Of a stretch of 64,000 nucleotides of DNA, positions 32,068-44,187 are shown piece after piece. Both the position numbers and the translations under genes were made by a program. The stretch lies in NCBI GenBank assembly GCA_002189035.1, contig NEEC01000010.1, positions 3,483,450-3,547,449 of the forward strand, written 5' to 3'. Under the pieces are notes generated by a model, which had not been told where the DNA came from, made no database searches, and was given only the letters and a program-made list of their open reading frames with translations. Every line of letters starts with the position of its first letter. Position 1 is the first letter of the stretch. Source of the DNA: Utricularia gibba. Lineage: Eukaryota > Plantae > Magnoliophyta.

Positions 32068-33042
32068 ATGAGCCTCCCATTCTGCGATGCTCCTTCGTTT
32101 GCAGTGTGCACGGAATTGCTCCCCATTTTCGCACCCAGTATGACTCACATGCTACTTCAAATCCCAAACATAAACCAAACTTCTTCGTTGTACTCGTGTC
32201 GATTATCTCTGAAATCTAGTATTGAATCTCCGAAACCTCCCACCACGAAAGAGGAAGCCATTCTCCAAGCCAGGAACTCTTTGTATTCAACCTTAAAGAA
32301 GCCACTAAACAACACCAGACAGACAGGAAAGTTCAAGAAACTAAAGCAGCCACGATATCGGGTGGAGATTCCGGTGCTTGATGACTCGCCATCTTCGCTA
32401 TCTCAGTTGGCTCTTGAAGTCTTTGGGGAGATGCCATCGGAAAGAAAAGGAGGGGCTATCAAAATTCTTGTTTTATGGCCTGGAGAGGAGTTTACACAGG
32501 TTGCTAATGAGGCATTCGGGGGTTTTTCTTCGAATAATGTGATTCGGAATCTGGATATGCGATCAATTCTTGACGGAGACGGGAGGACTAGTCTGGATTC
32601 CTCGTTTGATTTGGTTGTTTTTTTGGCACCTCAACTATCTCAGGTGGATGCCCTGCGCATTATTAGTGCTCGTGTGTTTCCAAAGCCAGTGGTGATATTC
32701 AATCCACAGTGGAGTTTCGAAGAGGAAGGGGATGCTGCAGGGTTTGTGGAATCATTTGAAGTGGTTTACTGTTTTATGGGTTTGGAGGTAAGAGGGATTT
32801 TGAGTAAGAGGAAAGGTGTGATCTTCAAGTGCGTGAAAGATGGGGGTTTGAGTGGAGAAAAGTGGAATGCGTTCGTCGAGGAAGATGGAGGGGAAATGCG
32901 AGTTGTTTCTAGTTTCAAGACGAGGCCGTCAATTGCTCAAGTTGAGAATGTGCTCTATAATGTGATGGCGATGAACTCTCCCATTGCCAAGTCTTCCAAG
33001 TTCTTGAAGGATTTGGTTTCGAATGTCACTGGCAGAAGATAA
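32068..33042 (+). CDS. Intronless DUF1995-like, probably plastid protein (start may be the ATG at 32140)
   Basis: 324-aa ORF with a Ser/Leu-rich transit-like region, then PPTTKEEAILQA, KQPRYRVEIPVLDDSPSSLSQLA, KPVVIFNPQW and RPSIAQVENVLYNVMA. Confidence 0.8.
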   Translation: MSLPFCDAPSFAVCTELLPIFAPSMTHMLLQIPNINQTSSLYSCRLSLKSSIESPKPPTTKEEAILQARNSLYSTLKKPLNNTRQTGKFKKLKQPRYRVEIPVLDDSPSSLSQLALEVFGEMPSERKGGAIKILVLWPGEEFTQVANEAFGGFSSNNVIRNLDMRSILDGDGRTSLDSSFDLVVFLAPQLSQVDALRIISARVFPKPVVIFNPQWSFEEEGDAAGFVESFEVVYCFMGLEVRGILSKRKGVIFKCVKDGGLSGEKWNAFVEEDGGEMRVVSSFKTRPSIAQVENVLYNVMAMNSPIAKSSKFLKDLVSNVTGRR

Positions 33043-33644
33043 ACAGTTTTTCATGTGACACATCTGCTGCTTAATCCTTAATCAGCAGGAACTGGGAGCA
33101 TTCTTCATCTTCGTACGTGATGCTACTTGAAGCTGGAATGCCTCACAGATTAAATCTTTATGCTTTTGTTAATGAAAACATTATCTGCCGCCCGTTCACG
33201 CCTAGTAAGATGTCAAAAATATTTTAACTCAGAATATCTGATAGCTCAGGTACCAGATCATATTTCATGGATCTGGGAAGCACCTGACGGGCCTCCTCGC
33301 CATTGTGAGCACTTCTTCAACCGTTTTCCTTGACTTCATCTTTGGTTGCTATGCAGCTTTGGGTACATTAAAATTTTATTAGCTGATTCTTCATGCCATT
33401 TAGTAGTTTGTGTTGATTTTGCCGGTGGTTGATGAAGGAAATGGTCACCTCACCTCCCGGTCGAATCCTACACCAGACAACTGTTCAAGTGGATAAATAA
33501 GCAACGCCCTTGAAGAACATAATTTGTTCTTGTAAAATCACTCAGAAAAAAGAAAAAAACAAAAGAGTCTAGATTTAAGACAAGAATCATCATGGAAAGC
33601 CCCAGGCGGCAGACTGTGTTGTGTTGATCGGACCCTTCAGACAG

Positions 33645-33929
33645 TTAAGAGAAGCCAAGCACCTTCAGCCATGTCCTGTCCGGGTGTCCACATCTTATGT
33701 CAACAATCTCCACCCTTCTCATCCGCTGCCGCTGCCGCTGCTGCTTATCTCGCTTGGCAGGATTTGGGTCTGGTGAGTGTTGCCGCCGGTGTTCTGGGAT
33801 CTTCAGACTTGAGCCGGTGAACTTATTTTCAGAAAACTCAATTCCTAATTCCCTGGACACAAGGGAACCGATTGTCCCTGTACTTCCTATCTCAGCACCA
33901 CCTCCAATATCTTCTAGCGTCTGAACCAT
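33645..33929 (-). CDS. Small conserved plant protein of unknown function (MVQTLE...GTTGTI...EIVDIKCG type)
   Basis: ATG at 33929 gives MVQTLEDIGGGAEIGSTGTIGSLVSREL ... RVEIVDIRCGHPDRTWLKVLGFS*, matching N- and C-terminal motifs I recall for this family. Confidence 0.7.
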   Translation of the reverse strand: MVQTLEDIGGGAEIGSTGTIGSLVSRELGIEFSENKFTGSSLKIPEHRRQHSPDPNPAKRDKQQRQRQRMRRVEIVDIRCGHPDRTWLKVLGFS

Positions 33930-34731
33930 AGTGATCACTCCCCCTTTTCAGTGTAACCGCCGATTATGAATACGGGCGGGATATCGTTGTACCTGCCCGG
34001 CAACAGTTTCAGTTAAACGGGCAATAAAACGGGCATTTACGTTGAAAGTCGTCTCTAACAATCAACAAGATAACCACCCTTCGCTTTCTTCTAGCATTAC
34101 TGGAAAGTTATACCATACCGACAAGAAAAAAGAATGGGTCAGGTGATCGGAGAGGCCATGGCATTTTTCAATCCAACGGGGAAAGTAGAGAAGAGAAAAT
34201 ATGGGAAGCTCGTTAGCTAGAGGATACCCAGAAGTTTTCTTCCTTTTCAGCGCGGAAGACGATGGGATGACTTGAAGTTCGACCGCGTTAACGGGGAAAT
34301 CCGCTCCTGTCCTCCTGGCGAGATTTGGATGAGTTGGGGATCTAAGCTCTTACCTTCCTCTCTTTCTTTAATAGCATGCTTTAAAGCCATCGGCCCAACA
34401 ACCCCTTAATCCTGATTTGCTTTTTCACAGTTGAGGCCTTCCGTGTACTTCACTATTCAGCAACGGCATAAGGCATTTGAACTTTACAAAAGCCGAGGTG
34501 GGGGGAATAGAATTCCACTGTTTCTTGCGCTAGCCGTTACTTCCCACTCACTCAAGAATCGCGGCGCCGTTCCACCTCTGTCGAACCTTCTTTCACCTGA
34601 CCGGAGCTGATTGGATTGGATCCCATTTTCGCTGTCTCTCCACCCTCCCGGATCAACCCTACTCACTACTTGCGGCTTACCACACTCCTTCCATCTTTGT
34701 TGTTCATCTTTCAGGGTACGAGAGCTCGGAA

Positions 34732-36790
34732 ATGTTCTTCAAAATGAATATGGTTCAGAAATCCGCGAAGCCCACAAAATCTGCACCAGTAGTACCAACG
34801 CAACATGCCTCTTCTTCTTCTTCTTCTTCATCATCCCAAATGCCCATGATCCAACTCACACACCGAATCCTTACTTCTCTGTCCAAGCTCGCCGACCGGG
34901 ATACCCAACAGATCGCCGTTGAGGACCTAGTGAACATCGTGCATTCTCTCCCAAACGATGGACTACCCATGTTTCTCAACTGTCTATACGACGCCGTCAA
35001 CGACCCTAAGCCCGCCGTCAAGAAGGAGACTCTCCGCCTCTTCGCCGTGCTATGTTCTGCTCACACTCATGTTGCCACCACCCATCTCACAAAAATTATT
35101 CCCCAGGTCGTGAAGAGACTCAAGGATACCGATCCCCAGGTCCGCGATGCGTCCATCGACGCCGTTGGCTCGCTGGCTCGGCTTTACTTGAACGGCGGTG
35201 ATGCTTCTCTGTTTATTAAACCTCTGTTAGAAGCCATGAGTGAGAATAGCAAAGCCTCTCAATGTGGTGCAGCTTTGGGCTTAGGCAAGGTGGTGGAGTG
35301 TGCTGCGGTACCGCCTCTCGCTGCTTTCTACAAGCTTCTTCCCAGGGTCTGCAAGTATTTGAATAGCCCCAATTTTATGGCCAAGCCTTCTCTCTTGCAG
35401 CTTGTTTCCAGCTTTTCACGGGTTGGTTCAATACCTTATATGTGCCTCTCTGCTGTGTTGGCTTTGTTTTTTCATGTTTGGGTGAATGACTGTTCTTCTT
35501 CATCTAAAAGTGGGCTTTGGAATACAGGTAGGAGCAGTTACGCCACAAAATTTTGAGTCATTGCAGCAAAGTGTGCATACTTGTCTCTTCAGTTCAGATT
35601 GGGGAACCAGGAAGGCTGCAGCTGACACATTGGCGACCTTGGCCTCGGGATTGAAAACCAGGTCCGGCATAACGCAAGAAGCAGCTAATTCTACTTTGAA
35701 GATGCTTGAGACATGCCGCTTTGACAAGGTATCATTCCATTCGGTATATGGCGACCTTCCTGAATATGAACCACAAGTGGCGGCTTTGTTTTTCTTTTCC
35801 CCAGATAAAACCAGTTCGAGACAGTATGAATGAAGCGTTGGATCTCTGGAAGAAAATTGCTGGTAAAGCAGCAGATGGCGGCACGACTCTAGAAAGTATG
35901 TTCCTGAAAAACTGTGATGGAGAATCTGATGCACTGGAATCATCTTATCCCAAATCCAGAGAAAATGGCGATAACAACAACATGGACAAGGCTGTTCAAA
36001 TCTTAAAGGAGAAGACACCAGCTTTAAATGGAAAAGAATTAAACCTCGGGTTTTTCTTCCCGAATCTCGGTTCTGAAATTTCCAGTGAATTGCCTGTTGA
36101 AGTGATTCTACCTCGTCGGTGGGTCAATGCTTCTGCGGATTCTAAAACTATGAAGACCAGATCAGAATCGGGTGCTGCTCAAGATGAGATATTTAACAAC
36201 GGCCATAATGAAAGCATGGACAGGGTAACTGCTCCGGGAGTCGGTGGTGGTGAAACTGAAGGATTTGTGGATGGCAGAGGAAATTGGTTAGCCCTCCAGA
36301 CACAGTTATCCTTGCTTGAGAGACAACAGGCTCGTCTCATGGACATGCTGCATGTTTGTTCCTAACTAAACTTATCCTAAAACTCACAAATGAATCATCA
36401 TACTGATTTGTCGAAATGATTCTTCTCTTGAAGGACTTCATGGGTGGATCACATGATAACATGGCAACCTTGGGAGACCGAGTATGTGGGCTTGAGAGAG
36501 TTGTTGAGGACCTGCTACGAGACATATCCACAAAGACCAGCAGGGCTTGTTCGACTGATGTAGATGAATGTTCAGGTAGTCATCTCGGGAGGTGCAATGG
36601 CTTTTCTTCGTACCGAAGAAAAGACAGCGATCCGTGCAGCATCGACTTTGGTGAGAGGTTTTCTTTGAGATCTGATGAATCCAACTCTTGGAACTTGCAC
36701 CACGCATGTGCTAGAAACGGGGGTGCAACCGTAGGCTCAAGAAGAGCAGCACCCGCAAGGTTTTTTGACGGTCCCGGGAAAAGCTTTTAG
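34732..36790 (+). CDS. TORTIFOLIA1/SPIRAL2-like microtubule-associated protein, C-terminally truncated; 4 exons
   Basis: HEAT region RILTSLSKLADRDTQQIAVEDL, KPAVKKETLRL, SSDWGTRKAAADTL, CRFDKIKPVRDSMNEAL; coiled coil NWLALQTQLSLLERQQ...DFMGGSHDNM...GLERVVE; ends GPGKSF*. Confidence 0.88.
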
Positions 36791-36927
36791 CAGGCATCCA
36801 AGAATTGATTTGTATCAGATCTGAGGTTGCATTCGTTTCATCGTTTGCTTGGAAGTCACCTGGATTCCGAGGAACTTGTTGTCGGATTAGCGAATATCAA
36901 TATCTCAAAGTTTGTTACTTTTCACGT

Positions 36928-38974
36928 TCATGTAAAGCCAATTGTCTGGTTGGGCGAGAGGTGATGATTCCCGTTGAGGCAACCTGAACTAAACAGAGAT
37001 CTTATCCAGACACTATCTGACATAACAGGTTCATCGTCGTCGTTCCGATGCCAACTCCAGAAGGCATGAGTTGAGTTGATAATTATGAACTCCCCGTGGC
37101 CAAAACTTGCTTCACGAAAGATGGACCACTTGGGCTGCGGATGGTAGTACCTGCAAGTTCTTGCATCTTTTAAGGTTGCTGCATTAACTAGAACAAAACT
37201 AGCGTAAATTGGAAGAATTTACTCTCGAGCTAGTCCTTCTCTGTTCCCACCATCACCAATTGTTATATGAACAGCTCCACATGGATCTGAATCACCATTA
37301 TACACACGATCCTGTAACAAAAACAAACTGGCCTATGAGCAGTCTAGCATTACCTTCGCTAATAGTTGCACTTTTTTTTTTCTCAATTACCGATCGCTCA
37401 TATGCATGTACATGCCCAGCAAACACCACATCAACACCAGCAGCAAAGAGCAACGGCTCCATTGCTGCTCTCATGTCATCACATTCACCTTGATGTGCCT
37501 TGTTACTGTTGTACCAAGGAGCGTGAAACAGAACAAGCAGCCATGGTGTTCTTTCTCTATCCACCCTAGAAAAATCAGTCTGCAAACCAAGATTGGATGT
37601 GAGGACCAAGGAATTCATGCAAATAAGAATAGTCCGGAGTGCAGTATGATAAGAAAAATGTGAAATTACGTGAAGACCATTTTGTTGATGGATTAGAAAT
37701 TTTAAGTTCAGGAACGGACCTGTAGCCAGGCATACTGGTCCGAATTCTCGTCATAATCTGTATAAGAACCAAGCATGACAACATGAGCTCCAGCAACTTC
37801 AAATGAATAATAAAGATTAGACCTAGAACCGCTCTCTTGATATGGCATCTTCCATCTGGAATTGTAAGATTTGAAGCTGTCTTCAAACAAGAGAAGGGCC
37901 TCCTTCTCATGGTTCCCTTGAGTTACCATCCACGGCCTTGTACTTGCAAGTGGTTGAACCAGATCCCCAAATGTGTCCCATCTTCGCTGTATATAATCAG
38001 CATAGGAGAGGTCTCCAGGAAGCAAGTGAATATCATACGTGCCCTGGTCTATGTGACTCAAAGTTGACTTGGTCCATCCAGTCTGACCCAGATCCCCAGC
38101 CACGGAGAAGGTAACTGGGAACTTAGAGGGTGGGGTTTTGAGTTGAAATTCAGGCCCTTCTCCTCCACAACGGTAGAAATATGTGGTATCATAATCAAGT
38201 GGACCAATGACAGCATGATGTATCTTCCCCGAGCTGTATAGCAAGTAACGGTAAGAAGTACTCTCACCAATAGCGGAATACCTATACTTGCTTGATGATG
38301 TTCCATATTCAACAATGGATGGAGAGTTTTTGTCATTTGTGATCCATGAGATACGCATATGCTTATCTCCAGCTAAGGATATGTGCACCTACAATTGCCA
38401 TCACATCAACATTATATATCAGGGTATGAACCCATTGATAGTGAGCCTTGAAACCCTGTGTCAGATTTATAGGGTATGCAATTAGCTAAAAAAAATAAAA
38501 AAACTGGGTCTCAAAACTTCTGTGAACATTTTTAACTTTTTCAATTATATGGAAAACTGGTCAGCTAGTTAAACCGTTCCAGATTTTGAATGGCAAAAAA
38601 AGTAAGAAAAACCAAGTTCAAAGTGGGAGGATGGTCACCTCGCATAGCATCTGACGCAATAAGATCATTTGAAAAAAGCCCAAAAAATCTAAAATTTTGA
38701 TCAAGCTATCTATTGCTCCGAGCTTCAATTAACCAAGTATAATTTGGAAGAAAAAGGCGTATTACCCAAAAGGCATAGCGCAATTAAATATTAATCTCAA
38801 AATCAGGAAAGACAAAGGACGGAAATTGACCTGCTGAGGATGAGATGAGGATTTCATGCTCGACGGAAAAGACAGCGCCTTCCTAGGCAGTGGCCGCACG
38901 TAGCGATCGGCGGCGCCGGCGGCTTCCACTGGCAGCAACAGAAGCAAAATCAGGCACCAGGGGACTTCCATCAT
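36928..38974 (-). CDS. Purple acid phosphatase (PAP18-like); 5 exons
   Basis: Signal peptide, then PQQVHISLAG, and all metal-ligand motifs: GDLG, GDLSY, GNHE, VLFH, GHVH. Last exon FREASFGHG...WHRNDDD. Confidence 0.95.
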
Positions 38975-39174
38975 GGGAACGAACTATGTGATTCAGCAAT
39001 TAATCAACAAACGCACATAGCTGCAGTGTCCGACGGTTGAGCTTGAGTGAGAGAAACGTCTTTTCATTTGGGCTTGTTTTTCGATGCGCTGTTGCTGTAG
39101 TAAGGTCCCGTTTTCATCAAATTGGACGGGCCAGAGAGGGTCCTAGTTTTGTTTTTCAAGGCATAAAGAATGGG

Positions 39175-39279
39175 GGTCATTTTTAAAGTTAACCACTGTT
39201 AATTTATCTCACATACACTAAACACAAAAAAATACACGTAGGCTGCATTAAAACACAGTGGGTATTTTTCAAATTAACT
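39175..39279. mobile_element. Short Mutator-like MITE, related to 29066-29178
   Basis: About 25-bp imperfect inverted termini GGTCATTTTTAAAGTTAACCACTGT / ACAGTGGGTATTTTTCAAATTAACT. Left end closely resembles the 29066 copy. TSD is degenerate. Confidence 0.5.
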
Positions 39280-39627
39280 AAAAGAAGGGGTGGTTGGGCC
39301 CCAGGTATCACATACGCATTTGATTTGTGGCTCCTGGCTGACGCCGAATCACAAAAAACAAAACACAAAACGCGTCTGATGACAAAATATCATCCTTGTT
39401 CTTAAAAGAGGACCGACCACGCGCACAGGCGACCGACATTAGCTGGTGGATGCATTCACGCCACAAGCATCACAACAATCGGGTTCTGAGCATACAACAC
39501 AGCGCACGCTGCGGATATTTTTCTACAGATGACGGAAAACAGGCAAGCCAATGTCTGGAGGAGAAGTGATGTATGCTACGTATATCTGAAGGAGTAGGGT
39601 TTTCTTCAAACAACCGACGTCCCAGGT

Positions 39628-39969
39628 CTAGAACCCATGAATCTTGATTTGATCCTTCTTCACAATCCCTGCGTTGACCAAGAACAGGGAAGCATTCTTG
39701 CGTTGATCACCTTGGAGCTGAATCACCTTCCCAAGTTCCTTATCCTGCACAACGTTCCCGTTGCAACAGAAATCTTTCTTCAAATCTTTAAGGATTTTGT
39801 CGTAGCTGAATTCCTTCCTCAATCCTTGCACCGTCGTCAGGCTCTTCTTTCCGTTCCTCTGCTGAATCCGAATATGCACATATTCCTTAGCCCCAGGGGC
39901 ACCAGCTGATTCCTTGGCCTCCGCGAAGGGATCGAATGCACTTGGAATTTGAACCTCCAGATCAACCAT
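39628..39969 (-). CDS. SUI1: Translation initiation factor eIF1 (SUI1); intronless CDS with a 5' UTR intron
   Basis: MVDLEVQIPSAFDPFA...YVHIRIQQRNGKKSLTTVQG...CCNGNVVQD...IQLQGDQRK...IKIHGF*. 5' UTR intron from a donor near 40250 to an acceptor near 39978; TATA near 40345. Confidence 0.97.
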   Translation of the reverse strand: MVDLEVQIPSAFDPFAEAKESAGAPGAKEYVHIRIQQRNGKKSLTTVQGLRKEFSYDKILKDLKKDFCCNGNVVQDKELGKVIQLQGDQRKNASLFLVNAGIVKKDQIKIHGF

Positions 39970-40803
39970 CAAACTTGCTGCCACAAACCAAACAAATTAA
40001 GCAAAACCGCAAGGTTTATATGTTCCATTTTACACCAGTAATCAAAAGAAAACAAAAAAAAAAGGCCACACCAGCCACTTGGAAGATTAAAGATCCAGAA
40101 TCCAAACAACAAGAAACGGGTCCTTTTTCATTTGTAGAAACCGCTAAACCAAAAGACACAACAGACTCAACAAAATGATCCGAGAAGCAAGAAAATCTAA
40201 AGGAAAGCAAAGATGCGGTGCTGTGCTGTTCGTGAGAAGAAAGATGCGTACCTACACGGGCACAGGCGAGACGCGAAGACGAATTAGTGCCGGAGCGTTC
40301 GAATTAATCAATGGTAAATGAAATGGAGTTGTGCACAGATTTATATAAGCGCGGCCTTAGACGCCATGGATGGATGGATGAAGAAGCTGTATGCATTCTA
40401 GGCCCTTCGACACAATTTGCCAACAAAAAAAAATAATAATAAAACATGCGGCCTAGGCTTGATCTGGGTGGGCCCATATCGGGATCCCAACGTGCGTTCT
40501 TCGAATCCAACTTTGATACATCTTTTAACCTCTAAAATGTCATCCATCCCCTTGAATTTTTCATTAGGTTTTCCAAATTCACTCAACATGCAAAAACGAA
40601 AAGGAATTTGCCACCCCCCCCGTTGACTTGGAATGCCCCTCTAATAGCCACGGCCTACTACGGTACACGAAGGAGCAATACTTACTTTTCATTTCTCTTG
40701 CTACTACCAATATTACTTTCAGCTGCTGATAGCCTTGCCGCGCGGCGCACCGACCGGCGGCATGGGGAATAATTAATAGCTAAACCAGGGTGGGACCAGA
40801 AGA

Positions 40804-43137
40804 CTAGTGTGTAGGAGAGATTTTCAAGATCCCTTCCCGCTGCAGCTCAACCAAGACGCTGTCCAAAGACGGAGGTCTCAACCCGATCGGGAGTGGCAGC
40901 CACGGCCTGGCTAGAACATCCTCAATTGCTCTGTCCACGCTTTCTTTTGACTGTTTCACATCATCACCAACAACCCATTATAAAACCACAACTCTACTTG
41001 GCTTTCCTTGTCTCAAGAGAACTGAACAAAATGACTCGTGCCCTTTTCTCGGCCCTCGCCAACACAACCCAGCACAAACACAACTTGAAAACACAGAAGA
41101 GACAGATAGGTGACTCACTGGCGGAATTGGAAAAGACGGTTGGGCAGGAAGTTTCGGTAGACCATGGAGAGGGCTTACTCTATATATATCAGTCTGCGGC
41201 ACTCCGGGAACTGGAAGCGTAGTCGAATAGTTCTGTATGAAAAAGAAGCGCATATCAAGATGGCATTGTTTTTTCATGAACGCAACAATTTGAAATACAC
41301 TCACATATCGACCGTGGTGGTGGGAATAATACCAAAAATACGGGTCCATGAAAAGTGGGGCTTGAGGTGGTTGAGGCCATCGCCACATATGCGCGAATGG
41401 CTGATCCGTGGATGGATGACCCCAGACACAGCAAGGTGTCAAGTTAGGCGGGGGAAACCCCATCGTTGGTACATTGCAATCACTGGCATCAGCAGCTCCG
41501 TGGATCAGGTGCCTCTGCTTCGAGCTAGCAAGCTGAGCTTCTCGAGCTAGCAACCGCCTCTTATGCGTTCGATATTTCTGTTATCAAATGATGAATATAT
41601 AGCTAGTAAATTACCAGATATTCTGCACTAGAACTTCAAAAGGGCACTCCAAGACTATGCAAATCGCTTTTAACAAAATAGAAAAAAAAAAAAAAAGCAT
41701 CCCCACGGTCTGTAGATCATTGCTGTTTTGCTATAGTAGATACTAGATTGTGTAGCTGGACAGTCAATTGCACTGGATGTTCTTGAGACGGAAAGGGGTC
41801 TAAGAAATGGCTTCATGAAATTTGGCTCATTTATAGCCATCGAAACGTTTGAACGAAAGAACCGTGAAAATAATACGTATGTCCAAGAAATAAAAAATTC
41901 AAGTAGACTTGGGAGATGCTAAGATACGACAGGAAGGTGACCAGTGATTGGAATCCGGATTTCATTCAGCAGAAGATGAGATTCTAACGTTCCTTATTGA
42001 TAGTAGAACTATCAAGTTTAAATCAGGACAAACTTTTGAGAGAAGACTGAAAATATCAACTAAGTTAGGTTTATATAACGAAAAGCCAAGAATCATAGAT
42101 GATCTCACACTAAACTTCCAGTGACCATCAAGCAGCGCATCTTACACATGAAATTGTATGATTAAACCAAGGCACCAACAGGTAAAGCAAGCAAACATAC
42201 TTGGAGGTGGCTAGCCACATTGTGCCTTGTGAGACAGTTGATTCCCATTAGCTCTAGAATCCTGGAAGGAACAGCCTTTTCCAATCCTAACTCCTCCACA
42301 GCTTGTACGAACTGCTTGTGGAGTTCTGGAGTCCAGTCAACCTACAACCATTTCAAAGAAGCAATCACTGGAGGCTTCAAGTATGTGTAACGACTGCAGA
42401 ACAAAGGCAAGCGGTTGCTCAGATCATAAATATTGAGCACATTCTATGAGTGATACTCTTTTAGGTAACCAAGGACGCATAAGTTGGAAGCTCTCCAGAT
42501 AAATGCTCGGATTCCCATGAACATGAGACGAGAGGGACCATAAAACACAATTCTTTTGCTCCAAGCTTTTTCTAAGACAGTATATTAAATCACTTGTTTG
42601 TGCCCCGTCTAACTGACATTTCAGCTGCAGCTATTTATATTCATTCTTAGTATAGGAAAAATAAAATAAAATGAAAATCCAATTGTGTTTTGGGGAAACT
42701 TCGGTTAGCATTGAAACTTTGTGATGAGCAGGGGAAACATTTTGGATTTTCTTTTTTGGAGATGACCAACGTCTACAACAAAAACTGGACTTTTTCTTAT
42801 TTGGCCAGTGAGTTTTGGTTCAACTACGAGCTCGGACAATTCTTTCTTTCACAGCCTAAAACCAAACTCGAAATTATGGAGAAATAGCGTATTGTAGAAT
42901 AAGTGCGTGATAGCGTACCCCCATCACGAATCCCGCAGATGAGGATCCCTAACTTACCTTGATTTTCCTCTTCCCAGGAGGATTCTTAGTTGATTGTCCA
43001 CCTCGGCCAACTTCCGGATCAACCACAGCAGCTTCCATCTTTGTTTTCGATCCGGAAGCTGTTTCTGCAAACGACTTCTCACTGGACCCCGATGCCTCAT
43101 TCTCGTGAGTCTGCATCTCTTCAGAATCTGACTCCAT
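40804..43137 (-). CDS. GLK: GOLDEN2-LIKE GARP transcription factor; 5 exons
   Basis: GARP domain [22 protein letters not shown]...[19 protein letters not shown] motif, and C-terminal GCT box [40 protein letters not shown]. Confidence 0.92.
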
Positions 43138-44187
43138 TTTAAATCACAGGTCACGGCCTGTACCACCACCAGAAGTAGCAACTAGCAAGAACTCAGTGAA
43201 AATTTACTGAGTGATGGGTGAGCAATAGGGAGCACCCCGCCAACTCCATGAGGGTTGGCCAATGGCTGGGCTGGAATGACTCGTCCGAAAGACGAGTAGT
43301 TTCTTCTATTCCGCAATCGTATGCACTTCGCCTGTTGTTAGAAATTCTCCCACTTGCTCTCACTAAATTGCACATTACTCTTTTCCTCGATCGCGACTGC
43401 GGTGCCCCCGTGGACCAGACCAGTCTTTGGAGCGAGTTGCAGGGTGTGGGGACCATCAGCTTGTTGGTGCTCGGTCAGTGGGTGTGGAATGGCGAGGTAG
43501 CTGGGACCAATCGCACTGTTGATTTACTTTTCCTTTTTGAAAGTGATGGGAGCCGGTGGCGAAGTTAATTATCATCCTCATGAGTTCCTTTGAAATGTGA
43601 GGCCCCATCCTTTTACTTTGGCTAAAAAGGGCTGGGTTCCTATTAAGCATACCTATGAAATGAAGCAACGTATCAATTAGGACAGATGTAACATCGCCGC
43701 CACCGTTTCTCCTCGGCCGGTGGCAGTGGTTGTTGTGGCCGTGGGAAAGTACATCGACGCCAGACGTGGATTGCAAGAAGCCGAAAATCCACCCCCTTCC
43801 ATTTCAATGGCTTCTAGCTCTTCGAGAAACGATTGCATTGCTCATCGTCATGTTGGGGAATGAGCGGAGGTCACTGATCCCCTTCAGCCATCTCTTCACA
43901 CCGATAACATGGAGTGATACTCCGCAACGTTGATTCTAAAATCCGTTTTCCAGGACGCTTTTTCGGCCACTGAGTGCTTTCATACAGTGCAGAAGCCAAA
44001 ATCCGAGATCACAATACATAAACCAGCATGCTTTAGCACATCTTCTTCAGCATAAATGTAGATACAATAATACAAAAACTAGAGGCCCAATGCAGGTGTT
44101 TAAAGCATCCACCGAGTCCCTTTATTAAACACTTCATCATGAGATTCAAAAGATGTAACTCGTATACATACCAACCACTGCTTTTTG

